This document shows positions 19,011-28,908 of a stretch of 64,000 bases of DNA, piece by piece. Within the stretch, counting starts at the first letter, position 1. Each line of letters begins with the position of its first letter. The notes beneath the pieces were generated by a model that was not told the origin of the DNA, did not search any database, and worked only from the letters and a program-made list of their open reading frames with translations. Both the position numbers and the translations under genes were made by a program. Origin of the DNA: a virus; the IMG/VR virus record IMGVR_UViG_3300046779_001269, positions 1-64,000 of that record, one strand, 5' to 3'.

Positions 19011-20129
19011 TTATTTCTTTTCGTTTTTCGTTGGATCAGGCTGACCCGGACGGACTCTCATAATAGGATCAATTTCAACGGTGTCCCTAGATTGGCCGGT
19101 TAAAGTTGTTCCACCAGACAAAACTGCTGCTGCCTGTATTTTAGATTTACTTGGCTCGGCATCTTTGTCCATCTTATTGACTTTTGGTTTTTTACCATAA
19201 GTTTCAATTGATTTATCATCCTTTTCAAAATCATACATGTCCTCTTTCATATTAAATTTCTTATAAAGAGACTTAATGATTCTTGCAGATTTGGATCTTT
19301 CCGCACCACATGAACAGGATTCTTCTTTGACTGGAGTTGTTTGTTGTTTCTCTCTGGCTTCACGAGATTGGTCTTTCAACTCACGTTCTTGTTTTGCCTT
19401 TTGTAGAGCTTTGGCCATTCGTAGTGCAGCAGAACCTTCTTGTAATGGTGTGCCTTCAACTTCAACAGAATCGGCTGTGTATTTTCCACCTTCGGAAGGA
19501 TCAACGCCTTTAGGTAATCCAATCACATTTCTTTTCAAAGTTCTACTAACAACTTTGGCCATACCTTTGCTGCGTTTTTGTTTGACGGCTTTTGATGTAG
19601 TTCCAGTCTTATCATATTTCTGTGCATGTGCTTTTTTGAAATATGAATGTTGTAATTCTACTGAAATTTCAAAAATTCGTTCGACCTCTTCTTTGATATT
19701 GGCAATAGTATCATAATCGTCCATTGTCAACATGCCTTTATCACGGATGTTGATTAATCGTTCCACCACACGATGTAAGTCCATATCAGACTTGATATCT
19801 TCACGAGCCAATTCCAAAACACGAATCAACAATGGAATGTCAAATGTAACTGTGTCTTTCTTGTCAACTTCTTCATTTGTTGTTCTATCTGCTGCGTGGT
19901 CTGATTTCCATTTCAAAAATTGACCAGATTTGGCATGACTGATGCGTGTATCTTTTGTCACATATCTAGGATCAATGCCTCGTGACAACAAATAACGTTT
20001 CAGTAATCCAGATTCTGATTCTGAAATGCCGGCCTTTGCTGACCAAGGATCCATTGGATTAGTGCCAAAAGTTGGTTTACTTTCGACACCTTTCACAATA
20101 GATTTTAATTTCTGTGCTCTAGAACTCAT
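19011..20129 (-). CDS. putative internal head protein
   Basis: Charged modular protein, DIPLLIRVLELARED module, Glu-rich linkers. Confidence 0.55.
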   Translation of the reverse strand: MSSRAQKLKSIVKGVESKPTFGTNPMDPWSAKAGISESESGLLKRYLLSRGIDPRYVTKDTRISHAKSGQFLKWKSDHAADRTTNEEVDKKDTVTFDIPLLIRVLELAREDIKSDMDLHRVVERLINIRDKGMLTMDDYDTIANIKEEVERIFEISVELQHSYFKKAHAQKYDKTGTTSKAVKQKRSKGMAKVVSRTLKRNVIGLPKGVDPSEGGKYTADSVEVEGTPLQEGSAALRMAKALQKAKQERELKDQSREAREKQQTTPVKEESCSCGAERSKSARIIKSLYKKFNMKEDMYDFEKDDKSIETYGKKPKVNKMDKDAEPSKSKIQAAAVLSGGTTLTGQSRDTVEIDPIMRVRPGQPDPTKNEKK

Positions 20130-20256
20130 TTTTTTTCCTTAAGATTCAACTTAATTCTTTTCATTGCTTTGCTGGCCATATCTTTCGCTCTGGACATTGG
20201 TGTATAAGAAAATGGTGAATCATCTTGTCCAGGAGATAGTGTTTTGCCTTCAGTTT

Positions 20257-21318
20257 TCAATTCTTTTTTTTTTCTTCTGGTTCATCTTTTTGTTTGCTGC
20301 CACCATAACGTGTGCCTTGCTTAACACCAGAACCACCTGATGGTTTAGGACCAGATTTAACGCTGTCTTTGGCAGCCTTAACCATATCGTCCCAACCTTC
20401 CTCAAAAGTTTCTTCGGATACAGCATGCTCTGGTAAGCGACCTTTTGGGCCTGCAACTCCACCTTTTGCTTGGCGTGCTTTAAGTTGTTGTTTAATGTAA
20501 CTCGGTGCAGCTTTAGCTGGTCTATGCAAATCGTTGTGGTGTGGGTTGGCACCAAGTCCGCCAGTTCCACCATTTTCACGAGCACGGGCAATTTCAAGTG
20601 GACTCATGGCTTCATCAACAGTTTCAACTTCTTCTTTTTTCATCTTTGCACGGAGAATACGAAAATCTTGTGCGTCAATTTTTTTGTTGTGATTCTTATC
20701 AATCTCGTGTTGGTTGCCTTTTAGTGCCTCATCAACGGATTCGATATCTTCTTTACGCAAGATTTTGAAGTCTTGTGCATCAATCTTGTTGTTTTTGTTT
20801 TTGTCAATCTTGTGTTGGTCGCCTTTTAATGCTTCGTCAACAGTTTCAGATTCTTCTTTGGTCAACTTGTCAGTTGCCTTTGCAATACCACTTATTCGTT
20901 TGGCAGCCATATCACCGGCCTTGGCGCCAGTTGCCCACTTCTTATTTGCAATAGAATCACCAATAGCAAAACCATGAACAGCAGTGTCTTTGGATGCTTT
21001 CTTGATGTATGAACCTAGTGTTGACTTTTTCAATTCGTCAATCTGTTCAACTTCTTCATTTTTTGGTGAACCATCAGCCTTTTTGTGTGACTTGTAACCT
21101 TTGTTTTTCATTGACCATGCCAATGCAAAAGGGTTATCAATCTTTTTATATTTCTTCATGGCCTTAACAGTACCTTCAAATCCTGGAGGTGCAACCTCAG
21201 AAACTTGTTCTTCACTGATAACTTGTGGTTGTGTTTTTTCTTCAACAACAGGTTTCTTTTCTATTACTGAACTTACAGCATCAATCAGTGACTTGCTTGC
21301 ATTATTTTTTGTGAACAT
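20257..21318 (-). CDS. putative internal head / core protein with internal repeats
   Basis: Repeated E.VDEA and ALKG.QH.IDKN.N.KIDAQDF.ILR units. Confidence 0.65.
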   Translation of the reverse strand: MFTKNNASKSLIDAVSSVIEKKPVVEEKTQPQVISEEQVSEVAPPGFEGTVKAMKKYKKIDNPFALAWSMKNKGYKSHKKADGSPKNEEVEQIDELKKSTLGSYIKKASKDTAVHGFAIGDSIANKKWATGAKAGDMAAKRISGIAKATDKLTKEESETVDEALKGDQHKIDKNKNNKIDAQDFKILRKEDIESVDEALKGNQHEIDKNHNKKIDAQDFRILRAKMKKEEVETVDEAMSPLEIARARENGGTGGLGANPHHNDLHRPAKAAPSYIKQQLKARQAKGGVAGPKGRLPEHAVSEETFEEGWDDMVKAAKDSVKSGPKPSGGSGVKQGTRYGGSKQKDEPEEKKKN

Positions 21319-23101
21319 TTATTGCTCCTTTTTTATATTTCTTATAGAGTGATGTATTTGTTTCTCGCTCTTGGTCTGCCAGAGTTTGCAATGGTTCTTT
21401 TTTGTCGGCACCACCAAGACCTGTCATTCCCGAATCGGCATCATCAATATATTCTTTGATGTTCTTACGGAAACTACCGAATTCTTTTTGTTCTCTATAT
21501 GTAACATCACCCATACCGGACATTGCATATACTGTTCCTTGTTGTCTTGTGTCGAACTCTGGACCAATACCATGAGCCTTCACTGAACCAGAAGGAGCAT
21601 TTTGAAACCTAGACTTTTTCAGTCTTTCTGTTTCTTTGTCTTTGCTGAAGTTGGAGACTTTTGGCGCTTGGTTGATTTTGAGGGTTGGTCCTTCTTCGTT
21701 GTAGGTTCTGAAGGTGTAACCACCGGTTCGCTTGGCATCTCCGCCTTTAATGTCGTCTGGCTTTCCACTTTGTCTTGAGTCTTTGTCAAGGTCTCCTGGA
21801 CCAGCGGCGTTGAGGAAGGCGTTGTACTTTCCTTTGACTGTGATGGCTTGAATAGACTTAGAATCTTGTTTAACATTTGCATTTTCCTTAAAATAATGTT
21901 TGAAAGTTTCATTGATATTTAACTTACCACGGTTTTCTAACCAAGCAAATGATGTTTCATTTATTTGTTTAGTGTCGATAAATTTATTGATGTTTTGGTA
22001 AGTCTGTGTGATATCTTCTTCAATAGTTTCATAGTTACCTGTATTATCAAAGTCAATAAAACTATCAAAGTTTTGTAAGTAAGATTCTCTGGTTGTTTGT
22101 GCAAGGTTCCACTTTTCTTGACGTATAGATTCGGAAATCATTTTGGTCAATTTCTCGTTTCTGGTCTTGCTTGCTTCATTTGTTGTATTGACAAACACCA
22201 TTAGTGTATTATACCCAAGTTCTTCCAGTTCTTCTTTAATTGTTAGAATTCTTGAGTGGTCATCCGCAGGTCCATTTATAATCAATGGTCCACGATTTCT
22301 GATGGCTTCTCTACGGAAGTCGTTGGTTTTTTCAGACAATTTTTGTTTGTCCATTAGGTAGTCAAATGCCTGTACAGTATTCAATTCAACTGCACGAGAT
22401 TCAGCAATAGCTTCACGGATAACAATATCTTTTCCGGAACCTGGACCACCAGTTACAAAGATTGCTTTGAACAATCCACGGTCAACATTTTCGTGTAGAC
22501 CCATACCCTTACGAGTATCGTGCATCAATTCTTTTGCATGTGTGTCTGATAGATGGTGTGGAACACCATGTCTGAAAGATTTGATATCTTTGTTTTTGGC
22601 ATGTTCACGCATTTTTGTACCTGACATACCAGTTGTTCCTTCAGCATCAGGATCACGGTGTCCAGCAGAGTGTACATGAATTTTTTTGAAGTTAAACAAT
22701 GAACCTTCATGTTTTCCATTATATTTGTGCAACTTGTCTTTCATTTCATGCACACGGTCGGAACCAACCACCATGTGTAGATGCGTTACACCCTTTTTGT
22801 ACAATTTTGCAGCATGATGTAAAAATGTTGGATGTTCCTTAGAAGAAGCCTCAAAGTGTGTACCTGGAGAATATCTTTTCAGGTGTCTCAACTTTTGTGA
22901 AGCTGAAAGTGGATTCTTCTTAGAATCTTGTGAGTGTGATGTTACCACGGAATGAGATGCGTGGTATTTCTTTGCAATTTCTTTAACTTTGTCGATTAAC
23001 TTTAGGTGACCTGTCGTGGGAGGATTCATACGACCAAAGGTCATAACATGGTGATGTTCACCTTGTTTTTGTTCTTCGACCAACTCTAAAAAAGATTTCA
23101 T
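21302..23101 (-). CDS. fusion of HIGH-type nucleotidyltransferase and P-loop (zeta-toxin/Pnk-like) kinase
   Basis: TFGRMNPPTTGH, VVGSDR, MSGTKMR; then FKAIFVTGGPGSGKD; MKSFLELVEE N-terminus. Confidence 0.75.
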   Translation of the reverse strand: MKSFLELVEEQKQGEHHHVMTFGRMNPPTTGHLKLIDKVKEIAKKYHASHSVVTSHSQDSKKNPLSASQKLRHLKRYSPGTHFEASSKEHPTFLHHAAKLYKKGVTHLHMVVGSDRVHEMKDKLHKYNGKHEGSLFNFKKIHVHSAGHRDPDAEGTTGMSGTKMREHAKNKDIKSFRHGVPHHLSDTHAKELMHDTRKGMGLHENVDRGLFKAIFVTGGPGSGKDIVIREAIAESRAVELNTVQAFDYLMDKQKLSEKTNDFRREAIRNRGPLIINGPADDHSRILTIKEELEELGYNTLMVFVNTTNEASKTRNEKLTKMISESIRQEKWNLAQTTRESYLQNFDSFIDFDNTGNYETIEEDITQTYQNINKFIDTKQINETSFAWLENRGKLNINETFKHYFKENANVKQDSKSIQAITVKGKYNAFLNAAGPGDLDKDSRQSGKPDDIKGGDAKRTGGYTFRTYNEEGPTLKINQAPKVSNFSKDKETERLKKSRFQNAPSGSVKAHGIGPEFDTRQQGTVYAMSGMGDVTYREQKEFGSFRKNIKEYIDDADSGMTGLGGADKKEPLQTLADQERETNTSLYKKYKKGAINVHKK

Positions 23102-24315
23102 TTTCTTACTTTTAACAAATTTTGTTTTGCAAATTCTGCACGATTGACCAATTTAGTAGGTTCTTCTTTGCCGTTATGTGTATGGCTGACAACGAAACCT
23201 TCTGGTTTGGACTTCTTACCGGAGATATGATGTTGGTAATGTCCTTCGTGTGTCTCTAAAGATTTAACTAAAGCATTCTTGGCTTGATGTAAGTGGTGGT
23301 GCATTGCAAACAAATTGCCATAGTGTTCTTTATGTTTTTCAACATGGGCAATCTGTTTATGACCTTCACCAGTTTTTTCAGCCTTAGCTTTATCGGTTTT
23401 TACTTTAGATGCTTGTTTTTCGTGTACATCTTTTAGGTGTTCTTTGAAACCCTTAACACTTGGAACTTCATCATGTCTAACAGTCTTGTTTATGTATGTT
23501 GACAGGTGGCCAGCTTCTCCACCATGTTTGTGGTGAACAGAATCATACATTTTGTGACCGTGTGTGTCATGTATTTCTTTGGCTGCAGCCATGTGTTTCT
23601 GGAAGTGGTGTTCATTCTCATCGGAATGTTTAACTTTACTGGTGTCGTGTTCTGCACCGTGCCAGTGTACATCTGGATGTTCTTTGAAGTGACTTGTATC
23701 TGGGTGGTGTGAAACATGCATATTATGGATGTCTGTACCATGATACTGTGAGTGTACAACCACACCAACTTTAGACTTTTTAATCTTTTCCGCTTCTTTT
23801 CCGTGGGCGGTATAGGTGATTGTGTTCGGTGTAAAAGAAACTTTGTGTGCCTTGGTGGCTTCAGAAATGATTGCAGATTCGTGTAATGTCTTAGTTTCTG
23901 CATGGTGCATCAAGTCACCTTGGTAAACTCCGTGTTTGGGAGTAACTTTTGGTAGGTGTTTTAACGCATGTTTCAAAGTTTTTGCAAGACCTGGAGCGTG
24001 CCCGTGGTTCTTATCAATGTCTTTTTCAGTGTGGTTAATCTTAGGATTCTTATTGAAAGCAGACTTGGTTGCAACGAAGAACTTGCCAGTTTTTGGGTGG
24101 TGACCGAAAACAATAGATGGTGAACCATCGTATTTCATTGTCAGGTTACTACTCTTGTGGCCAGAAGTCATATGTGCATGTGCTTTTTGTAAAGCACCAT
24201 ATGCATGTTCAAATCCGGCGTGGCCGTGCATTAAAGGACGGTCTTCTGCATGGTGAATATGTTTTAGTTTTTCACCTTCAGATTCTTCCTTCAGAAAAGA
24301 ATTAAAAGTTTTCAT
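23098..24315 (-). CDS. His-rich protein with RNA/DNA-ligase-like nucleotidyltransferase motifs
   Basis: KYDG (I), YQGD (III), EGFVV (IV), KLV (V); MKTFNSFLKEE N-terminus. Confidence 0.6.
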   Translation of the reverse strand: MKTFNSFLKEESEGEKLKHIHHAEDRPLMHGHAGFEHAYGALQKAHAHMTSGHKSSNLTMKYDGSPSIVFGHHPKTGKFFVATKSAFNKNPKINHTEKDIDKNHGHAPGLAKTLKHALKHLPKVTPKHGVYQGDLMHHAETKTLHESAIISEATKAHKVSFTPNTITYTAHGKEAEKIKKSKVGVVVHSQYHGTDIHNMHVSHHPDTSHFKEHPDVHWHGAEHDTSKVKHSDENEHHFQKHMAAAKEIHDTHGHKMYDSVHHKHGGEAGHLSTYINKTVRHDEVPSVKGFKEHLKDVHEKQASKVKTDKAKAEKTGEGHKQIAHVEKHKEHYGNLFAMHHHLHQAKNALVKSLETHEGHYQHHISGKKSKPEGFVVSHTHNGKEEPTKLVNRAEFAKQNLLKVRK

Positions 24316-24363
24316 TGATTGTTTTACCTCTAGAATTGCAACGCACTTTGGTTGCCGTAGAAG

Positions 24364-24371
24364 TATTTATA
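24364..24371 (-). promoter_or_regulatory. T4-type late promoter
   Basis: TATAAATA about 50 nt upstream of 23098..24315. Confidence 0.75.
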
Positions 24372-24383
24372 TAACTTGTGGAA

Positions 24384-25094
24384 TTATGGTCCGAAATGAG
24401 CGCCATCGACATTCAACCAATAGGTTTTTGTCGTTCCTTTACCATCAATCAGATAAAAAGGCATGGTGTGGATGAGTCCACGGCTAGAATTGTGATATAT
24501 CAATTCTTTGGGACCACGGTCTAATGACCATGCAAAGTGTGATGTTCCTGTGTCTCCACCAACAAATATCTCACAATCCAATATATGGTATATGTTTTCC
24601 ATAAAGTCGGTACTGTAGGAGAATTTCTGTGGATTTATGTTTTGTGGAATGTCCTTGATACAGATTATTCGTTCATACTCGTCATATTCTTGGCTGGAAT
24701 AGTTGTCTAGTATGTTCTGAAAGACCTCTGTTGGCCAATTTCTGTATGTGTTATATGGTGCATCCAGTACAGGAAAAACACAAATCTTTTTCTTCATTGG
24801 AGTATCATTCTTTATGGAAACATTGTCTCCAATCATATCACGAAAATCCCAAAGATTGACATTCCTCCACATCAAGTCTTGATTACCTGGTATTGGTGAG
24901 AAGAAGTCTGTCGTTTTCATCAGATATTCAAAAAACTTAACACAATAATCTGCTGAATTGATTGACCCAGCTTTCATATAGAATTTTGTTCCTGGTCTGG
25001 TCTTTCTCAAATGTTGAATCACATTAATGACACCAATCATGTCTCCATTGCGTAAAGGACCACCAAAGACACCTACACCAACATCTATAATCAT
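24384..25094 (-). CDS. GT-B (GT9/heptosyltransferase-like) glycosyltransferase
   Basis: GD near N-terminus, FVGGDTGTSHFA near C-terminus. Confidence 0.65.
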   Translation of the reverse strand: MIIDVGVGVFGGPLRNGDMIGVINVIQHLRKTRPGTKFYMKAGSINSADYCVKFFEYLMKTTDFFSPIPGNQDLMWRNVNLWDFRDMIGDNVSIKNDTPMKKKICVFPVLDAPYNTYRNWPTEVFQNILDNYSSQEYDEYERIICIKDIPQNINPQKFSYSTDFMENIYHILDCEIFVGGDTGTSHFAWSLDRGPKELIYHNSSRGLIHTMPFYLIDGKGTTKTYWLNVDGAHFGP

Positions 25095-25840
25095 AGATAG
25101 TTCTCCAAGTCTTTGGCGTGAACCAACTTGGCTTTACGGTCCAAATAAAAGTGTTTCTCAAATACCTGATTGATGTTCTTACCATTGTCCCAACTAACAT
25201 CATTACCAACTCGATATTCTGGTTTCCAATCTTCTGCTTTCCATACCACAAAAGATTCTTTGTCTAATAGGTCTGACAATATACCAACACCGGTAAAGTT
25301 TGTGATGAATGGTTTTGGTGAATTTTTAATGAAGTAACAGTTTTCTAAAATGGTCCTGTTATAATCTATAAATTCAAAACCTTTAAGGTGTGACAATATA
25401 TTGGTTTCTCGTCTATCATCAATATCTCCTACATTCCAACGGTCACCAACCAAGTATGTGTCTGGTATAGGTTCACCAATATCAGGAAATTTTAACACCA
25501 ATTTATCGTTCACTTCAAACTCATGACCATAATGGTCTTTGAAGAAATTTTCATATCGACAAGTTTCTGTTGGTCTATTTGGATTGTTTTTATCTTCTTT
25601 ATACCAACTACTCAATTGTTTGATTTCACCATACATGAACAATTCATCATCGAAGAATACTTCATCACATATAACTTCTTGGTATAAAAGAAACTCTTTC
25701 AAGCCTTTGAACTTTGTCATTTCCTTTTTAACAATAAGTGTCAGTGGTTCGGAACCAATAGATTGTCTGATGCCAGATACAACAGGCATACCGTTTAAAA
25801 AGTCACCGAGATTTGCGGTAGAATTAAGATATACTTTCAT
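25091..25840 (-). CDS. putative glycosyltransferase (GT9-like)
   Basis: LGDFLN...FITNFTG; inside glycan cluster. Confidence 0.5.
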   Translation of the reverse strand: MKVYLNSTANLGDFLNGMPVVSGIRQSIGSEPLTLIVKKEMTKFKGLKEFLLYQEVICDEVFFDDELFMYGEIKQLSSWYKEDKNNPNRPTETCRYENFFKDHYGHEFEVNDKLVLKFPDIGEPIPDTYLVGDRWNVGDIDDRRETNILSHLKGFEFIDYNRTILENCYFIKNSPKPFITNFTGVGILSDLLDKESFVVWKAEDWKPEYRVGNDVSWDNGKNINQVFEKHFYLDRKAKLVHAKDLENYL

Positions 25841-26627
25841 TATAATTCCTAAAAACACAGAACCAATCCGAATCTGAAATAGGATGTATCTCAAACAATT
25901 CGGGATTACCCAAACAAGACATTAACATCAATGTTTGGTCATCATCTACTAAACCATTATTCAACAATGTGTCCAAGTGATGGTGTATCATTGCTTCCAT
26001 TTTTGGCCAATTGTCTTTGTGTGCAATAAAATGTGGACCAGTAATGTATACTGTATTATTGAATATTGCATTTTCAATCAAATCACCAGCTTCAAACTTC
26101 CTCAAACTGAAGAAATGAATCTTGTCTTTGTCGAAATTGTATGACCACTTATTGAATTTGCCGGCATCTTCTGGTGTTCTACAATAACCAAAATCAATCC
26201 ATGCAATCATTTCATTTTCTAAAATGTTTTGGTGAATGGCATGTTTCACAAAAGACGATTTCAAAGCATTCACCAAAACATAATCGGCATTCCAGTATTC
26301 TGGACTTTTGATTTGTGATGGATTAATTCTACTTTGAAATTCTTGACTACTTTGTATTTCTTGTATTCTTTGGCGCAATTCACCAAATGAGTTATGAAAA
26401 TCAACACTAATCACAGTTGTCTTTTTATCACCACGCAAATCCAAAACCTTTTGTTTCAAATCTTCGGTGGTGAAAACGACCATATCATTATCAAGTTTAG
26501 CCATATGACCAAATCTTTCAAAGTATGTGTCGGTAGTTCTTTCAATGTAATGTGGAAAACCTTTGTCTGGTGTCCATGATCCTCGACCTATGTCAAAGAA
26601 TGCTGTAACAATACTAATATCACTCAT
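25824..26627 (-). CDS. HtrL/YibB (WlaTC) family protein
   Basis: IVTAFFDIGRG, AWIDFGY, DDDQT motifs. Confidence 0.8.
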   Translation of the reverse strand: MSDISIVTAFFDIGRGSWTPDKGFPHYIERTTDTYFERFGHMAKLDNDMVVFTTEDLKQKVLDLRGDKKTTVISVDFHNSFGELRQRIQEIQSSQEFQSRINPSQIKSPEYWNADYVLVNALKSSFVKHAIHQNILENEMIAWIDFGYCRTPEDAGKFNKWSYNFDKDKIHFFSLRKFEAGDLIENAIFNNTVYITGPHFIAHKDNWPKMEAMIHHHLDTLLNNGLVDDDQTLMLMSCLGNPELFEIHPISDSDWFCVFRNYNESIS

Positions 26628-27372
26628 TCCAATAATACCTCTTGTAATTATTAATAATTTCTATTTCTGGTGGTTGATTTGCCACGAAACTGTCATAGTC
26701 AAAACCAGGTGCATGATTATGTGTATCTGTCAAATGTGGATTAATAGAATACTCTTTACCGCACAAGTAATAGTAAACAACCATGAAACAGTCTATCCAA
26801 CCAAATGTTGCATATTCTTCTTTCATAATTCTGTCACCATTTATTCTAAACCAATGTGTAACATCATCATAATATTCTAAAAATGTTTTTGCATTGTATA
26901 TAGAACCACCTCCACCACCATAATGAATGTTTTTTGGTCGTTTGCCACTAAACTGTTCAATTTCATCCAACAACGATGGTGGCAATTCATTGCCGACCGT
27001 TATGTTATGACAAGCCATTTGCCAATTTGGATTGACTGTAACTGGTTTCAATAACCAAACATCATCTTCAGCCATCATCATATGTTCTATTCTATTTACG
27101 GAATAGGACAGATAACAAGCTTCTCTGAACCTATCTAAAAATTCCAAAACGGAATCAATTTCATAACCATATGGTTGTTGTGGACCACCAAGTTTTTTAT
27201 TGTAGTACACATAATTAATTTTTTTCTGTATAGCAAAATCAGCAAAAGATAATGCATTATCAGAACCCAAAAGATATACTTCTGGTTTATAAAATTGTAA
27301 TATATTGTTTACCACATTCTCTGTGGATGTTCTTTTGTTGGAACCAATATGAAAAAAGGAAATATTAGACAC
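26620..27372 (-). CDS. putative GT-A glycosyltransferase
   Basis: EDD (DxD-like) motif; YGGGGGSI. Confidence 0.55.
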   Translation of the reverse strand: MSNISFFHIGSNKRTSTENVVNNILQFYKPEVYLLGSDNALSFADFAIQKKINYVYYNKKLGGPQQPYGYEIDSVLEFLDRFREACYLSYSVNRIEHMMMAEDDVWLLKPVTVNPNWQMACHNITVGNELPPSLLDEIEQFSGKRPKNIHYGGGGGSIYNAKTFLEYYDDVTHWFRINGDRIMKEEYATFGWIDCFMVVYYYLCGKEYSINPHLTDTHNHAPGFDYDSFVANQPPEIEIINNYKRYYWNE

Positions 27373-27892
27373 GTTGCAATACTGTTAAACCATTATTGTT
27401 TGTACGGCGTTCAATCATTTTCCATTCTGGATGTGAACTTAGAAATTCATCAATCGCAGCCCAAATACCACGACCACCAAATTCACCATTAACTGCATAT
27501 GTTGTTGTGTCGTGGAAACCAATGTACTTCTTGGCTTTATCGGCATGAAGTTCTAGTTCCTTTTTGACCTGTTCATAAATGTGTAGACTGTCAACAAATA
27601 ACATGTCACATTCTGGAATTACAACCTCTCTTGTGTCTGCCACATGTAGTGTCACTCTACGACCAGCATTTTTACATTCTTCAAAAAACTCTGGTACACC
27701 AGGAAGAGGTTTATACTCATAACTGTGCAGTTCAATATCGTTGCGTAAGAATGCTCTGGTTGATTGTGCCCAGCCTACACCAAGTTCAACAACAACATCA
27801 CATTCTGATGATAGTTGTGCTAGTAATGGCAAATGTTCATGTATATCAGTATCTTTATCACATGCTTCTTGGAAGATTTGTTCAAAGTTCAT
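27365..27892 (-). CDS. class I SAM-dependent methyltransferase (Methyltransf_24-like)
   Basis: VELGV..., DMLFVDSLH.YE, FHDT. Confidence 0.8.
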   Translation of the reverse strand: MNFEQIFQEACDKDTDIHEHLPLLAQLSSECDVVVELGVGWAQSTRAFLRNDIELHSYEYKPLPGVPEFFEECKNAGRRVTLHVADTREVVIPECDMLFVDSLHIYEQVKKELELHADKAKKYIGFHDTTTYAVNGEFGGRGIWAAIDEFLSSHPEWKMIERRTNNNGLTVLQRV

Positions 27893-28907
27893 TTTTTAAT
27901 CCTTTTACTGTATGTTCTACTACTTTTTTCATTTGTTCTCTAACTGTCATCTTTTTCTTCCAACCTAACGAACGCATATAATCACCACAGATTAGATAAC
28001 GCATATCGTGTCCTGGTCGTTCAATATTTGGATCAGTCAGTTTGTATTCTAGTGGCACATTCATGCACTCGGCAATCATCATTGCAATTTCCAAGTTGTC
28101 AAATTCTTCGTCACTTGAAATGTTAAACTTTGGACATTTTCCACCAGTATGATTTGCTGGCCATGTAATCTCTTTCAAGTTCAAAAGAAACAATAGAGCG
28201 TCAGCAACATCACGAGCATGTAGGTAACTTCTACTACCAATCATATTGGTTTTACTGTCGTAATGTATATTAATCAGTTCTTTGTTTAGTATTTTCTTGA
28301 TAGTCATGGGTACATATTTCTCTGTACTCTGTCTTTCACCAAATACATTCATTGTGTGTGTGATATAAAGTGGAATGTTGTATGTGTTGTGATAAGCCAC
28401 ACACATTTCTTCTGCTGCAGCTTTTGATGCTGAGTATGGATTCGTTGCATTGTAACGGTCATATTCTTTGAACGGCACATCAGTGACAGACGAACCAAAC
28501 ACTTCATCGGTTGAGAAATATATCATTCTCTCAAGGTTTGGTAATGTTCGTGCATACTCCAATAAGTTAACTGTACCGATAACATTATCTTGTACGAATT
28601 CCATGGGGAATTTAATTGAACGAGTTACGTGTGAAGCAGCAGCCATGTGAATGATGATATCAATATGTCCAATTTTATCTTTGACATAATCATTCAATTC
28701 TGCTTTCAGGTCATGGTGTACAACCTTAACTCTTTTGCGAGTTTCGACATCCACTTCTTTTAGTATTTCTTGTAGTCGATTCAAGTCACCAGAAAAATCT
28801 AAACGGTCTAAACTGACGATTTCATAATCAGTATTCAACAAAAAGTAGTGTACAACATGGTGTGCAATGAAACCTGCACCACCAGTAATTAAGATTCTTT
28901 TTTTCAT
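27882..28907 (-). CDS. rfbB: NDP-glucose 4,6-dehydratase (RfbB/RmlB-like)
   Basis: ITGGAGFI, AAASHV, STDEVFG, YSASK, RPGHD.RY. Confidence 0.88.
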   Translation of the reverse strand: MKKRILITGGAGFIAHHVVHYFLLNTDYEIVSLDRLDFSGDLNRLQEILKEVDVETRKRVKVVHHDLKAELNDYVKDKIGHIDIIIHMAAASHVTRSIKFPMEFVQDNVIGTVNLLEYARTLPNLERMIYFSTDEVFGSSVTDVPFKEYDRYNATNPYSASKAAAEEMCVAYHNTYNIPLYITHTMNVFGERQSTEKYVPMTIKKILNKELINIHYDSKTNMIGSRSYLHARDVADALLFLLNLKEITWPANHTGGKCPKFNISSDEEFDNLEIAMMIAECMNVPLEYKLTDPNIERPGHDMRYLICGDYMRSLGWKKKMTVREQMKKVVEHTVKGLKNEL

Positions 28908-28908
28908 A

